A program made the position numbers and the translations under genes. A stretch of 64,000 nt of DNA from an uncultured Methanosarcinales archaeon (GTDB lineage Archaea; Nanobdellota; Nanobdellia; Woesearchaeales; JAGWAF01): contig CAYPXA010000003.1 of NCBI GenBank assembly GCA_964414985.1, positions 5,055 to 69,054 on the forward strand. The letters run 5' to 3'. This document shows, piece by piece, positions 55,975-64,000 of this stretch. The notes under the pieces are model-generated. The model was given only the letters and a program-made list of their open reading frames with translations, did no database searches and was not told where the DNA came from. How positions within the stretch are numbered: the stretch's first letter is position 1; every line of letters begins with the position of its first letter.

Positions 55975-56681
55975 GAATTCTGGATTATGATTATGTTTCC
56001 CCTGCCTTTCTTTATCTTTTTGAGCCTGCCTTCAGACTCAAGCTGGGAAATTATGAGCGAGATTTTTGCTTCAGACTGCGGAAAGCTTTCCCTTATCTCC
56101 TTTTGAGTTGTCCTTCCGCCCTGCTTTCTTATGAAATCAAGGACCTCCTTTTCATCGCCCTGGGCTGCAGAAATCTCTGCCTTCTCCTTCTTTATGTCCT
56201 TTTCCCTAAGCCGGATTATAAGGAAGAATGCTGCAACTGAAATTATGAGCGCTGCAACAGCAATCAGGCCAGGCCCTCCGCTGCTTCCATCTGCATCCAT
56301 GCTGAAGTCTGCATCACTGATTATCTGCTCTTCCTCCTCCATGCTTGGAAAAAGTATAAGGTCAATCACATAGCTGCCTTCTTCTTTGATAGTAATATTC
56401 TCCTCTGCAGATGCTGAAATAATTCCATTGTCATACTTTTTTGCAGAGATTGCATAGCTTCCTGGCGCTGCATAAAATGAGTAGGTTGAGTTCTTTGCAA
56501 CCTTCTGCTGCTTTGGCTGGGTGCTTATCTCAATTATTGCGCCGTCTGCCTCATTAAGCTCAATGTCATAAACAGTGCCGTGCACTTCTGCTGCATAAGA
56601 ATTGTCTGATGAAGCAGAAAAAGCTGCCAGCGCTGCAACTATCACAAGAGCAAACGATGCATATATGTTTTTTCCAGCCAT
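55971..56681 (-). CDS. Membrane-anchored protein: signal peptide, carboxypeptidase-regulatory-like beta domain, TM helix, cytoplasmic winged-helix DNA-binding domain
   Basis: MAGKNIYASFALVIVAALAAFSA. TM LIAVAALIISVAAFFLII. C-terminal EVLDFIRKQGGRTTQKEIRESF...SQLESEGRLKKI (wHTH). Confidence 0.5.
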   Translation of the reverse strand: MAGKNIYASFALVIVAALAAFSASSDNSYAAEVHGTVYDIELNEADGAIIEISTQPKQQKVAKNSTYSFYAAPGSYAISAKKYDNGIISASAEENITIKEEGSYVIDLILFPSMEEEEQIISDADFSMDADGSSGGPGLIAVAALIISVAAFFLIIRLREKDIKKEKAEISAAQGDEKEVLDFIRKQGGRTTQKEIRESFPQSEAKISLIISQLESEGRLKKIKKGRGNIIIIQNS

Positions 56682-56905
56682 GCCCTTTTTTTATCAGCCT
56701 GAATATAAAAACTTTGTGTAAAGCAAAAGGAGGCAGAATAAAGCTTCCTAAAGCTTAAGCAGGCTTTTTCTCCGATTTTTTTTCTCTTGCTGAAAGTATG
56801 CTTATAAACAAAGTGCGCTTAAAGGGTATATGCACGCATGCATTTACACATAAGCATATACTTGTGCATACGCATGCTGCAAAAACAATCAAGAATTAAA
56901 ATAAA

Positions 56906-58093
56906 ATGCTGGAGGGACAAAAAATGAAAAAAATGTTGGCAATGCTTTTGCTGGCAATGGTCTTTATAGGGCTTACGCCATTGGCCTTGGCAAAAAGCAA
57001 TGGAAACGGCATAATTGAAAATGCCTCTAATGGAAAAGTGGACAGAATTGAGTCAGCAGCAAATGAAGCAAAATCCAGGATTGATTCAGCCAGAGACAGG
57101 TATGAATCTGCAAAGGACAAGCTTGCTGATGCAAAGGAAAGGTACCAGAATTCCCAGGAAAAGATAGAGAAGTCAAGGGAAAGGTACAAAGAATGCGAAG
57201 GCAGCGAGACTGCTGAATGCGAGCAGTTGAGGCAGGAAGTAAAATCAGAAACCAAAAGCTTCCTTTCAAGCGCAGCAGACAGGGTAATATCCTCGCTTGA
57301 GCAGCTCAAGGAGAAGATACTGCTTTCAGAGGACTTTACAGAGGATGAGAAGCAGGAAAAGATAGCAGAGCTTGAATCAAAGATTGCTGAAATAGAAGGG
57401 GCGCAGGAGTCTGTTGAAAGCCTCGGCAACGAGAGCTCATCTTCAGAGATAAAGGCTGCTTCGCTTCAGATAAGCAATGCATGGAAAAAGACGCAGAAGT
57501 CAATGAAGGCAAATGCAGGCGAGCTGCTCAATGAAAAGATTGGCGGCATAATCGTAAAGTCTGAAAAGCTTTCAGAAAGGCTTGAAAATGCAATGCAGAA
57601 GCTTGAGTCGCAGGGAACTGACATTTCAGGAATTGACTCTCTGAAGGCTGAGTTTGACTCAAAGCTTGCAAGCGCAAAATCAAACTATGAGCTTGCCTCT
57701 GAAAAGTTCACTGCTGCAAGGTCTGAAACAGGAAGTGCAGAGCAGGAAATGAAGGATGCAACAGATTACATGAGGGCTGCGCACAAAGACCTTAAGGATG
57801 CCAATGCGCTGCTTTCCAAAATCCTGAAAGAGCTGAAGTCTACATCAGGCGGAGAGAAGGCGCTGAAGGACTCATCAGAAGATGAGAATGAATCAGAAGA
57901 TGAAACAGAATCTGAAGATGAGACTGAAGACGAAACTGAGCTTGAAGATGAGCAGGAAGATGAATCAGAATCTGAAGATGAGACTGAGTCAGATGATGAG
58001 ACTGAAGACGAAACTGAGCTTGAAGATGAGGATGAATCTGAATCAGAAGACGAAGATGAATCTGAAGATGAGGGCAACCAGACATCTGCTTAA
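56906..58093 (+). CDS. Secreted coiled-coil protein with acidic E/D/S/T low-complexity C-terminal repeat
   Basis: Signal peptide MKKMLAMLLLAMVFIGLTPLALA. Heptad-rich middle. C-terminal SEDETESEDETEDETELEDE tandem units (an approximately 66-nt DNA duplication at about 57895-58025). Confidence 0.55.
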   Translation: MLEGQKMKKMLAMLLLAMVFIGLTPLALAKSNGNGIIENASNGKVDRIESAANEAKSRIDSARDRYESAKDKLADAKERYQNSQEKIEKSRERYKECEGSETAECEQLRQEVKSETKSFLSSAADRVISSLEQLKEKILLSEDFTEDEKQEKIAELESKIAEIEGAQESVESLGNESSSSEIKAASLQISNAWKKTQKSMKANAGELLNEKIGGIIVKSEKLSERLENAMQKLESQGTDISGIDSLKAEFDSKLASAKSNYELASEKFTAARSETGSAEQEMKDATDYMRAAHKDLKDANALLSKILKELKSTSGGEKALKDSSEDENESEDETESEDETEDETELEDEQEDESESEDETESDDETEDETELEDEDESESEDEDESEDEGNQTSA

Positions 58094-58111
58094 GGCAGAA
58101 GGTGAGCTAAA

Positions 58112-58342
58112 ATGAAAACAGCTATAATTGCAGTTTTGGCAGTCCTGGCAGTTGCATTGCTGGCATCAGGATGCTCGCAGAAGCAGGAATCTTCAGTCCA
58201 GGCGCAGCCATCTGGAGTTCAGGCAAGCCCTGAAATTGATTCAGGAATGTCTGAAATCAATGCGCTTGATTCAGAGCTGGACATGACCGAGCTGGACAGC
58301 CTGGATTCAGAGCTTGACGAGATAGGAGAACTATTCTCCTGA
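58112..58342 (+). CDS. Small acidic lipoprotein
   Basis: Lipobox LLASGCSQ. 76 aa. Followed by a T-rich terminator. Confidence 0.45.
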   Translation: MKTAIIAVLAVLAVALLASGCSQKQESSVQAQPSGVQASPEIDSGMSEINALDSELDMTELDSLDSELDEIGELFS

Positions 58343-58382
58343 TTTTTTTATTTTATTTTTTTGATTTCTTTTGATTTATGCG
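58343..58382 (+). terminator. T-rich terminator
   Basis: tgatttttttattttatttttttgatttcttttgattt. Confidence 0.4.
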
Positions 58383-58427
58383 CTTTCCTTCCAAAAATTT
58401 ATATAATAATCCTCATGGCTATTAATT

Positions 58428-59489
58428 ATGATAACAATCGACGGAAGCTATGGAGAGGGAGGGGGCCAGATAATCAGGACTGCGCTTGCTCTTTCAACTC
58501 TGCTCAAAGTTCCGTTCAAGGCTGTGAACATAAGAAAAGGAAGGGGCAAGCCAGGCCTAAAGCAGCAGCATATTGCCTGCATCAATGCGCTCAAGAGCCT
58601 GTGCAATGCAAAAGCAGACGGAGATGAGGCAGGCTCAACAGAGCTTCTTTTTGCTCCTGGAGAGATAAAGTCAAGGTCGTTGAGCATTGACATAGGCACT
58701 GCAGGCTCTACAACTTTGCTTCTTCAGTCTTTGCTCCTTCCGTGCATACTTGCACCCCACCCTGTAAAGCTTGAGATTAAGGGAGGAACTTCAGGCAAAT
58801 GGCAGATGCCTTTTGACTATTTCACCCATGTAATGCTGCCGCATCTTGCAAAGTATGCAGATATCAGGCATTCAATGAAGAGAAGAGGTTATTATCCTGA
58901 AGGAGGCGGCTGCATTGAGCTGAAAATTGCGCCAAAGTTCAGCATGGAATCAAGAAGTTCAGCTCCTATGATAATGCTGAAAGAGCGGAATGGCTCAATG
59001 GTTGTAAAGGGAATTTCACACGCATCTTTAATGCTTCAGGAGGCAAGGGTTGCAGAAAGGCAGGCTGATGCAGCAAAATTCCTGATTTCATCAGCAGGAT
59101 GCAGGCCTGACATCGCAGTTGAATACTCAAACACATCATGCCCTGGAAGCGGCATCACATTGTGGGCGTTCTTTTCAGACAGCGAGACAAATGACATAAA
59201 TCCTGTAATAATCGGCGCAGACATAGAGGGTGAAAAAGGAAAGCCTGCAGAAGATGTAGGAACAGAGGCTGCAAAGCTGCTTATTTCAGAGCTGAACAGC
59301 GGCGCTCCTGTCGACAGCCACCTTGCTGACAGCCTTGTTCCTTTTCTTGCAGTCTTCGGCGGCTCAATAAAAACTTCTGAAATAACAGCCCATACCAGGG
59401 CAAACATCTATGCTTCAGAAATGTTTCTCGGAAAGCGATTTGAAATAGACGAAAAAGAAAAGATTATTTCTGCTGCAAAGCCTGCTTAG
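58428..59489 (+). CDS. rtcA: RNA 3'-terminal phosphate cyclase
   Basis: N-terminal IDGSYGEGGGQIIRTALALS. Histidine-containing insert domain. Confidence 0.85.
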   Translation: MITIDGSYGEGGGQIIRTALALSTLLKVPFKAVNIRKGRGKPGLKQQHIACINALKSLCNAKADGDEAGSTELLFAPGEIKSRSLSIDIGTAGSTTLLLQSLLLPCILAPHPVKLEIKGGTSGKWQMPFDYFTHVMLPHLAKYADIRHSMKRRGYYPEGGGCIELKIAPKFSMESRSSAPMIMLKERNGSMVVKGISHASLMLQEARVAERQADAAKFLISSAGCRPDIAVEYSNTSCPGSGITLWAFFSDSETNDINPVIIGADIEGEKGKPAEDVGTEAAKLLISELNSGAPVDSHLADSLVPFLAVFGGSIKTSEITAHTRANIYASEMFLGKRFEIDEKEKIISAAKPA

Positions 59490-59509
59490 GCAATGCAAAA
59501 AAAGAAAAA

Positions 59510-61879
59510 TTACGAGAGGTATGCAAGCTTAAGGCTTGTCTGAAGGTCTCTCAAATCGTAGTCAACAGCCCTTTTTTCAGAGTCATCAGTTATTTTTTTC
59601 TGGTGCTTCCTTATCTCAAGGATAAGAGCCTTGGCCTTGTCAAGCTCGCCTGAGCTTATTGCCCCTCTTGCCTCGCTTACAAGCCTTATTACGCCAAGCC
59701 CTTTTTCCTCGCTTGAAAGCTGGAACCTGGTTTCAGGAGCTGCATGGCTGACAACGCTTTGAGGCATGGCATAGGATAGCCTGGGCATCTCCTGCTCAAA
59801 ATTGGAATATTCCCTTTCAAGGGAGGGAAGCTGCCTTGCAATATTCTTATAGCCTTTCTTCTTCTTTTCAGCCTGCTCGAGCCTGCCTGCAATCCTTGCA
59901 GCCTTCTCAAGAAGCTTCCTTGCGCCATCCCTCTTTTTCTTTGCAGCCTTTTCCATAATCCTTGCGCTGGCTTCCATCTGCTTCACAGGCTTGACTTCTG
60001 CCTTGAACTTAAGCTCTTCCTTCTCGAGCTGGGCAACCCTTGCAACAAGCTTTTCCTCTTCCTTTTCAAGCCTCTTTTTGTCTGCCTCAAACTCCTTCAT
60101 TGTTGAAATAAGCTCTGATTCCTTTTCAGAAAGCTCTGCCATTGTCTGGCTGACCATTGCATCCATTGAGCCCTTCTTTTCTGCAAGCGCAGAGCTCATA
60201 ACCTCAAAATCATTCTTTTTCTGGAGCCACTCGCTGTTTATGCGCTCAAGCTCCTCCCTTCTTGCCTTTAATTCAGTGTCAAGCGAGTCCTTTTCCTCTC
60301 GCAGCTCTTCCTTCATTGTCTTTATGAGCTCTTCAGACTTCAGCCATTTCAGCTCCCTTACTCCGAGCTCCTTTTCCCTCTGGCTGATGTCCTTCTCCTT
60401 TTCAGAGACTGAAACTCCCCTGTCAATTATGTCTTTTTCCTGCCAGGCAAGCGCTTCCTTCTTCTCGAGCATCTGCTTTTCAACAGCCTCAATCTCCTCT
60501 CTTTTCTTTTTGAACTGCATTGCAGCGTACTCAAGCGCTCCCTTGCTCTTCTCTATATCCTTTGCGAGTATTGAATTTTCAGACATCAGCTGTGATTTGC
60601 TTTCCTTCAGCTCTGCCACTTCCTTGATAATCTTCTGGTATGGCACTGAAAGCTTTGATGCCTCATCCATCTCAAGCTTTCTTGCATTCAGCTCCTGCTC
60701 AAGCGCGTTCAGTTTGCTTTCCTTCTGGCTGAATGCCTTTTCCTGTGCACTGATTTTCTTAAGGCGCGACTGCGCTTCTGCAAGGTCCTTCCTTGCGCCT
60801 GCAACCTTTTGCTGCATCTCAAGGACTTCCTTCTCCTTCTTCTCAAGCGAGCCTATCTTCTTTTCATAGTCATCTATTTTTGCAGTGCCTATCTTCTCCT
60901 GCTCTGCAATGCTTGATTCCTTTTCCTTGAGCATCTGCTCTTTGGTGGAGAGTATTTTTTCCTTTTCGAGAAGCTGGCCCTCAACCTCGTTGAGCTCATT
61001 TACCCTCTGGAGGAATTCAGCCTCTTTCTTCTTGAATTTTGAAATCTGGCTCTTGAGGTCCTTTTCAACTGCCTGCAGTATTCTCTGCCTCTCCTTTATT
61101 GCAGCATTGAGGTCAACCTCCTTTGCCTTTAGAATAGAAACTTCTTCTGAAGCCCTTGCCCTTTCCTTGATTACTCCCTTGCTTTCCCTGTAGGCCTCAT
61201 TAAGGCTGCGCTCCTTCATCTCAAGGTCTTTTTCCTTTGCAGAAAGCATGTTCTTCAGGCTTTCAAAGTGCTCCTTGTTCTTTGCCCATTCCTTTGCAGC
61301 TGCCTCTTCCCTAAGCTTGAGGCTTTCAGCCCTTGCATTGTTTTCCTTTGTTGATTTTTTGATGAAATTTTCAAGCTTCCTGACCATCGACTCCCTTTCC
61401 TTGATTGCCTTTTCAAGAATTGCGACTTTTTCCTTGTCCTTTGCAACTTCTGTTGAAAGCTTTTCCTTTTCTTCAAGAATCTGGTCCTTCTTGGAAACAA
61501 TCCTTGAAACTACCGACTGGGCCTGGCTAAGCTCCCTGCCTCTTTTTTCAAGGTTTATCTCCTTGTCTGCAAGTATGTTTTCCTTCTGCTTTAGCAGCGC
61601 GTCTTTTTTTGCAAGCGCCTCTTCTGCAGACATCAGCTCCTTCTGCTTTGACTCAAACGCCTTCAAAAGCTTCCTGTTTTCGCTTACGAAGCTTTCAAGC
61701 TCCTTTTTTTCAGAATTTAGCGATGCAATTTCCCCAAGAAGGCTGTCTTTCTGCTTTTCTTCCTTTGACTTTGGCGCAGCAGGTGCTGCTTCAGAAGGGG
61801 CATCAGATTTTGCCCTTGAGAACCATGATTTTTTCTTTTCAACCTGTACTTCCTTTGGTGGTCTGATCTCTACTGCCAT
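59510..61879 (-). CDS. Large (789 aa) coiled-coil protein (SMC/myosin-tail-like, K/E-rich)
   Basis: Continuous heptad-rich K/E/L/A sequence. C-terminal about 100 aa non-coiled. All antisense ORFs in this span are low-complexity artefacts. Confidence 0.55.
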   Translation of the reverse strand: MAVEIRPPKEVQVEKKKSWFSRAKSDAPSEAAPAAPKSKEEKQKDSLLGEIASLNSEKKELESFVSENRKLLKAFESKQKELMSAEEALAKKDALLKQKENILADKEINLEKRGRELSQAQSVVSRIVSKKDQILEEKEKLSTEVAKDKEKVAILEKAIKERESMVRKLENFIKKSTKENNARAESLKLREEAAAKEWAKNKEHFESLKNMLSAKEKDLEMKERSLNEAYRESKGVIKERARASEEVSILKAKEVDLNAAIKERQRILQAVEKDLKSQISKFKKKEAEFLQRVNELNEVEGQLLEKEKILSTKEQMLKEKESSIAEQEKIGTAKIDDYEKKIGSLEKKEKEVLEMQQKVAGARKDLAEAQSRLKKISAQEKAFSQKESKLNALEQELNARKLEMDEASKLSVPYQKIIKEVAELKESKSQLMSENSILAKDIEKSKGALEYAAMQFKKKREEIEAVEKQMLEKKEALAWQEKDIIDRGVSVSEKEKDISQREKELGVRELKWLKSEELIKTMKEELREEKDSLDTELKARREELERINSEWLQKKNDFEVMSSALAEKKGSMDAMVSQTMAELSEKESELISTMKEFEADKKRLEKEEEKLVARVAQLEKEELKFKAEVKPVKQMEASARIMEKAAKKKRDGARKLLEKAARIAGRLEQAEKKKKGYKNIARQLPSLEREYSNFEQEMPRLSYAMPQSVVSHAAPETRFQLSSEEKGLGVIRLVSEARGAISSGELDKAKALILEIRKHQKKITDDSEKRAVDYDLRDLQTSLKLAYLS

Positions 61880-62047
61880 TTTGCCTCTTTTCCCCCGCTA
61901 TGAGCCGTATACAATATGATATTTCTATCTGTTTTATATACTGAAAACTATACAAAAATTTGGTTATTCCTTTATATACTTTTGTTATCTCTCCGGAATA
62001 GGTACTATTTGATACCATAAGGTTTTTAAAAGACATATCAATTCCAG

Positions 62048-62239
62048 ATGCAAAAGGGATTCAAAATGAAACAAAACAAGAAATGCGCATCATGCAAAAA
62101 GGAAATAACCAATGACCAGGGTGCAGTCAACTTTATGTGCCCTAACTGCGGAAAATATGAGATAATCAGGTGCACACACTGCAGGACTCTTTCTGCAAAG
62201 TACAAGTGCCCTGAATGCGGATTTGAAGGGCCAAACTAA
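62048..62239 (+). CDS. Small zinc-ribbon protein (two CxxC pairs x2)
   Basis: Motifs CASCKK...CPNCGK...CTHCRT...CPECG. Immediately upstream of aEF-1beta, as is often seen in archaea. Confidence 0.55.
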   Translation: MQKGFKMKQNKKCASCKKEITNDQGAVNFMCPNCGKYEIIRCTHCRTLSAKYKCPECGFEGPN

Positions 62240-62240
62240 A

Positions 62241-62519
62241 ATGGCTAATGTAATTGTAACTCTCAAGATAATGCCTGAGTCGCCTGATACAGACCTCTCT
62301 TTAATTGAATCTGAATCAAAAAAGATGATTGAGGCTTTTGCAGGCAAGGGAGACATGAAGGCAGAGCAGGAGCCTGTTGCATTCGGGCTTAAGGCTTTGA
62401 AGATTATGTTCATACTTGACGAGAATAAAGGAACTACAGACAAGCTTGAGGCTGAGATTGCAGCAGTTGCTGGAGTCAATTCTGTTGAAGTCACTGATGT
62501 CAGAAGGGCTATAGGGTAA
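62241..62519 (+). CDS. Elongation factor 1-beta (aEF-1beta)
   Basis: MANVIVTLKIMPESPDTDL...PVAFGLKALKIMF...VNSVEVTDVRRA matches archaeal EF-1beta. Confidence 0.85.
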   Translation: MANVIVTLKIMPESPDTDLSLIESESKKMIEAFAGKGDMKAEQEPVAFGLKALKIMFILDENKGTTDKLEAEIAAVAGVNSVEVTDVRRAIG

Positions 62520-63588
62520 GCGCTTTTTTGATTATTCTGGGCATTTCTTTTTCAGGCGCATTGCTTCTTATTCCTGTATCTGAAAAATGAGTTGGTGAAG
62601 AAAGATATCCTTCCTGCGAAAGCGCTGCCATTACAGCTGCAGACCTGGGTATTGCCAGCTTCTCCCTCTTGCATATCTGGTGGATGTCATAAAATCCGAT
62701 GCCTGCTATTTTTGACTCTGCAGCAATCAGCCTGCACAGCCTTGAGCCTGCGAGCGCTGAAATCCTTGCTGCAAGCGCTGAATCCCAAAGGCTGCCTGCC
62801 CACATCGGGCCTGCTTCCTTGAACATCAAGTGCTGGCTGATGATTTCATCAACCTTTGACTTGCTTTTTTCGCACCTGAAAAAAACCCTCATGTAATGCT
62901 GGTCTGAATATGAATAAATGGGGGTTAGCGCCTTCTCAAACTGCGCTCCAACAAGCTGCACCTTTCTTATAAGAATCCTGATTCCAGCCTCATGCTGAAT
63001 TTCATTCCTGAGAGGCACAGCCCAGTATTTTCTCATGCATGCTTCAGGGTATGTTCCTGCAAGCGCAGAAGTGTCTGTTGCAGTCACAGCAAGAATCCCT
63101 CCTCTTGAAACCCTTTTTGCAGCAGAGTCCAGGAAAGGGTTGGGTGTTCCAAAAGGGTCAATGTCAATATAGTCAAAGCCAGTGCTTTCAAGAAGGAAAA
63201 GGCTTGCATCCTTCATTGACAATTCCATTCCAGCCTTTTTCTCGCTTATCTTGTTGAGCTTGATGTTTTTCTTTATGATATTAACTGCATTTTCGCTAAG
63301 GTCATTCATGCTTATGCTTTCAAGCTTTCCCTTTTTCAGCTCAAGCGCAAACCTTATTCCCCTGATGCCTGTTCCTGCAAGAGGCAGTGCAGCCCGCATA
63401 TTCATATCATCTACTGAATTAAGAAGGAATACTGATATATCCCTGTTTGTCTTCATAACCGGGTTGTAGAAGACAGGCATCTTTTTTGATACCTTTTCAT
63501 CTGCAGGCCCGACAATCACAGCTTTTCCCTCGCTGATTTTTGCGTACAGCTTTTTTTTAGCTGATGCAGGCTTGCTCTTGTTTTTCAT
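62509..63588 (-). CDS. trm1: tRNA (guanine26-N2)-dimethyltransferase Trm1
   Basis: Motifs VFYNPVMKTNRDISV and DIDPFGTPNPFLDSAAKRVSRGGILAVTATD. Confidence 0.85.
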   Translation of the reverse strand: MKNKSKPASAKKKLYAKISEGKAVIVGPADEKVSKKMPVFYNPVMKTNRDISVFLLNSVDDMNMRAALPLAGTGIRGIRFALELKKGKLESISMNDLSENAVNIIKKNIKLNKISEKKAGMELSMKDASLFLLESTGFDYIDIDPFGTPNPFLDSAAKRVSRGGILAVTATDTSALAGTYPEACMRKYWAVPLRNEIQHEAGIRILIRKVQLVGAQFEKALTPIYSYSDQHYMRVFFRCEKSKSKVDEIISQHLMFKEAGPMWAGSLWDSALAARISALAGSRLCRLIAAESKIAGIGFYDIHQICKREKLAIPRSAAVMAALSQEGYLSSPTHFSDTGIRSNAPEKEMPRIIKKALTL

Positions 63589-63727
63589 AGCGCTTCTGTC
63601 TATTAGGCATATTAAAACTTATTGTTTTGGGCAGGATAAGCTTAAATATTTGGGGCCATTCTCATTATATTAGTCATTAAGCCAGGTTAAGCCAATTAAA
63701 TGCTTATTTGGTCAAGGAGGTGGAAAA

Positions 63728-63901
63728 ATGGTTGAAGTCAGCGAAGAGGCGTTCCAGGAGGTTGCAGACGAGCTGCGAGACGTCATAAACTGGGTTGCAG
63801 TTTTCAATGAAGAGTATGCTCTTCCAGAAGAGATTGCCAGGCAGCTTGGCTCAAGGCTAAGGGCAATTGCAGAAAAGCTAGGGCTTGAGACAATAGACTG
63901 A
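63728..63901 (+). CDS. Small hypothetical protein (57 aa, not in ORF track)
   Basis: MVEVSEEAFQEVADELRDVINWVAVFNEEYALPEEIARQLGSRLRAIAEKLGLETID. Preceded by SD-like AAGGAGGTGG. Followed by a long T-rich terminator. Confidence 0.35.
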   Translation: MVEVSEEAFQEVADELRDVINWVAVFNEEYALPEEIARQLGSRLRAIAEKLGLETID

Positions 63902-63968
63902 TTTTTTGTTTCTGATTATTTCTTTATTTTTTTTATTGCTTTTTGCTTTACAGTTTTTAATTTTTTTT
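63902..63968 (+). terminator. T-rich terminator
   Basis: ttttttgtttctgattatttctttattttttttattgctttttgc. Confidence 0.4.
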
Positions 63969-64000
63969 CCAGAAAAATAATCGGCTGAGGCGCATGTCCT

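Overview
This window is a gene-dense archaeal chromosomal segment of roughly mid-40s % GC. The archaeal assignment rests on several observations: TFS/RpoM, aEF-1beta, Taw1, Trm1, NucS/EndoMS and archaeal-type topoisomerase IA are present; the tRNA-Trp carries a 60-nt intron; and promoters are TATA/BRE-like with oligo-T terminators. The minimalist gene set and the many surface and pilus genes suggest a small-genome, possibly DPANN-like, archaeon, but that is inference. The main contents are as follows. (1) Bases 1-6050 carry three consecutive large cell-surface proteins with CARDB-like repeats. One of them is a roughly 1180-aa multi-TM giant with K/E-rich single-alpha-helix-like tracts and an N-glycosylation sequon cluster. 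(2) Bases 19.2-30.8 kb carry an approximately 11.6-kb type-IV-pilus-like locus. It comprises a small RHH regulator with a perfect palindromic operator and AATCAG repeats, five class-III-signal Epd-like pilins with a KGQxAMEF/Y motif, a roughly 1050-aa vWA plus PA14-like putative tip adhesin with a pilin-like N-terminus, a wHTH coiled-coil protein, a VirB11/FlaI-type ATPase with a basic N-terminal extension, and separate TadB-like and TadC-like membrane proteins. This locus is the most system-like candidate for novelty in the window. (3) A compact thymidylate and folate-cycle operon thyA-folA-glyA-folC-tmk lies convergent with dut and divergent from nucS. (4) Two families of short terminal-inverted-repeat (MITE-like) elements are present. 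Family A (about 95 nt) has 8 full copies plus 1 partial copy, and family B (about 118 nt) has 2 copies plus a fragment. They sit mostly at convergent gene ends. (5) Other items of note are a secreted Lon-like S16 protease, a ChlI-like AAA+ / ChlD-like vWA pair, an AsnB-like plus Dph6-like PP-loop fusion protein, a catalytically degenerate TtuA-like protein, and an ArsR, thioredoxin-like, CcdA and COG0701-permease redox cluster. Housekeeping genes include ahcY, topA, rtcA, trm1, TFS, signal peptidase I and aEF-1beta. No CRISPR array, rRNA, integrase or transposase was seen. Coordinates that I derived by hand (revised starts, repeats, RNA elements) may be off by 1-2 nt.
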